Below, piece by piece: positions 63,630-64,000 of a stretch of DNA of 64,000 bases; within the stretch, counting starts at the first letter, position 1; every line of letters starts with the position of its first letter. The notes under the pieces were generated by a model. That model saw only the letters and a list, made by a program, of their open reading frames with translations. It did not search any database and had not been told where the DNA came from. The stretch covers positions 148,408,527-148,472,526 of the forward strand of contig NC_083402.1 of assembly GCF_020745735.1 (NCBI RefSeq), read 5' to 3'. This DNA is from Hemiscyllium ocellatum (Eukaryota). Both the position numbers and the translations under genes were made by a program.

Positions 63630-64000
63630 CTGGGAGGAAAGAACTTAGACTTTAGCCCTCATCTAAAATAGATGTTTGATTTGAATGAGCTGAGGTTTGA
63701 CCATTAAATTACAAAAACTAAGCTGACATTTTGCATTACTGAGCTAAACTATTGTAATGAAAACAGTTAAGATCTATTTAGATTTTTCAAATTCAACCCA
63801 ACCAGACAAGTTTGACAACTGAAGCTGGTAGGACCAGATACTGGGCTCAAGGTTGGAGTATTCGACTACATTTTTATCCTAAAGGAAATGCCCCAAGTCA
63901 ACACAGGGCTGATTAGAGTTGAAATGTTTTAGATTATGAATCTAGTAACTAAAAACAGATGAGGATAGGGGAAAGAGATCAATATGAGATTAACTAGTGA

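Noticed and set aside
1-64000. CRISPR arrays, operons or other prokaryotic systems
   Set aside because: The sequence is intron-rich vertebrate DNA; the recurring short repeats are dispersed retroelement ends, not spacer arrays.

Overview
AT-rich, repeat-dense vertebrate DNA, most likely from a cartilaginous fish (HE1-type SINEs, CR1 LINEs and Penelope-like elements throughout). The only supportable protein-coding gene is on the minus strand: 24 hand-traced exons (63629 to 20525, 3524 coding nt, about 1170 aa, 5' end outside the window) of a VLDLR-derived receptor with an internally duplicated ectodomain. The order is ...EGF-A/EGF-B/YWTD propeller/EGF-C, seven LDL-receptor class A (LA) repeats, a second EGF-A/EGF-B/YWTD/EGF-C, an O-linked sugar exon, a transmembrane segment, and a 23-aa tail ending FENPAFEGD* (NPxF rather than NPxY). 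All exons join in frame, and two introns use GC-AG. Positions 1-20500 appear intergenic. The introns and intergenic region carry many Penelope-like element ends with hammerhead-ribozyme-type cores, including a perfect 91-bp inverted repeat whose intact core lies on the gene's sense strand. Comparisons with human VLDLR are from recalled knowledge, not a database search.
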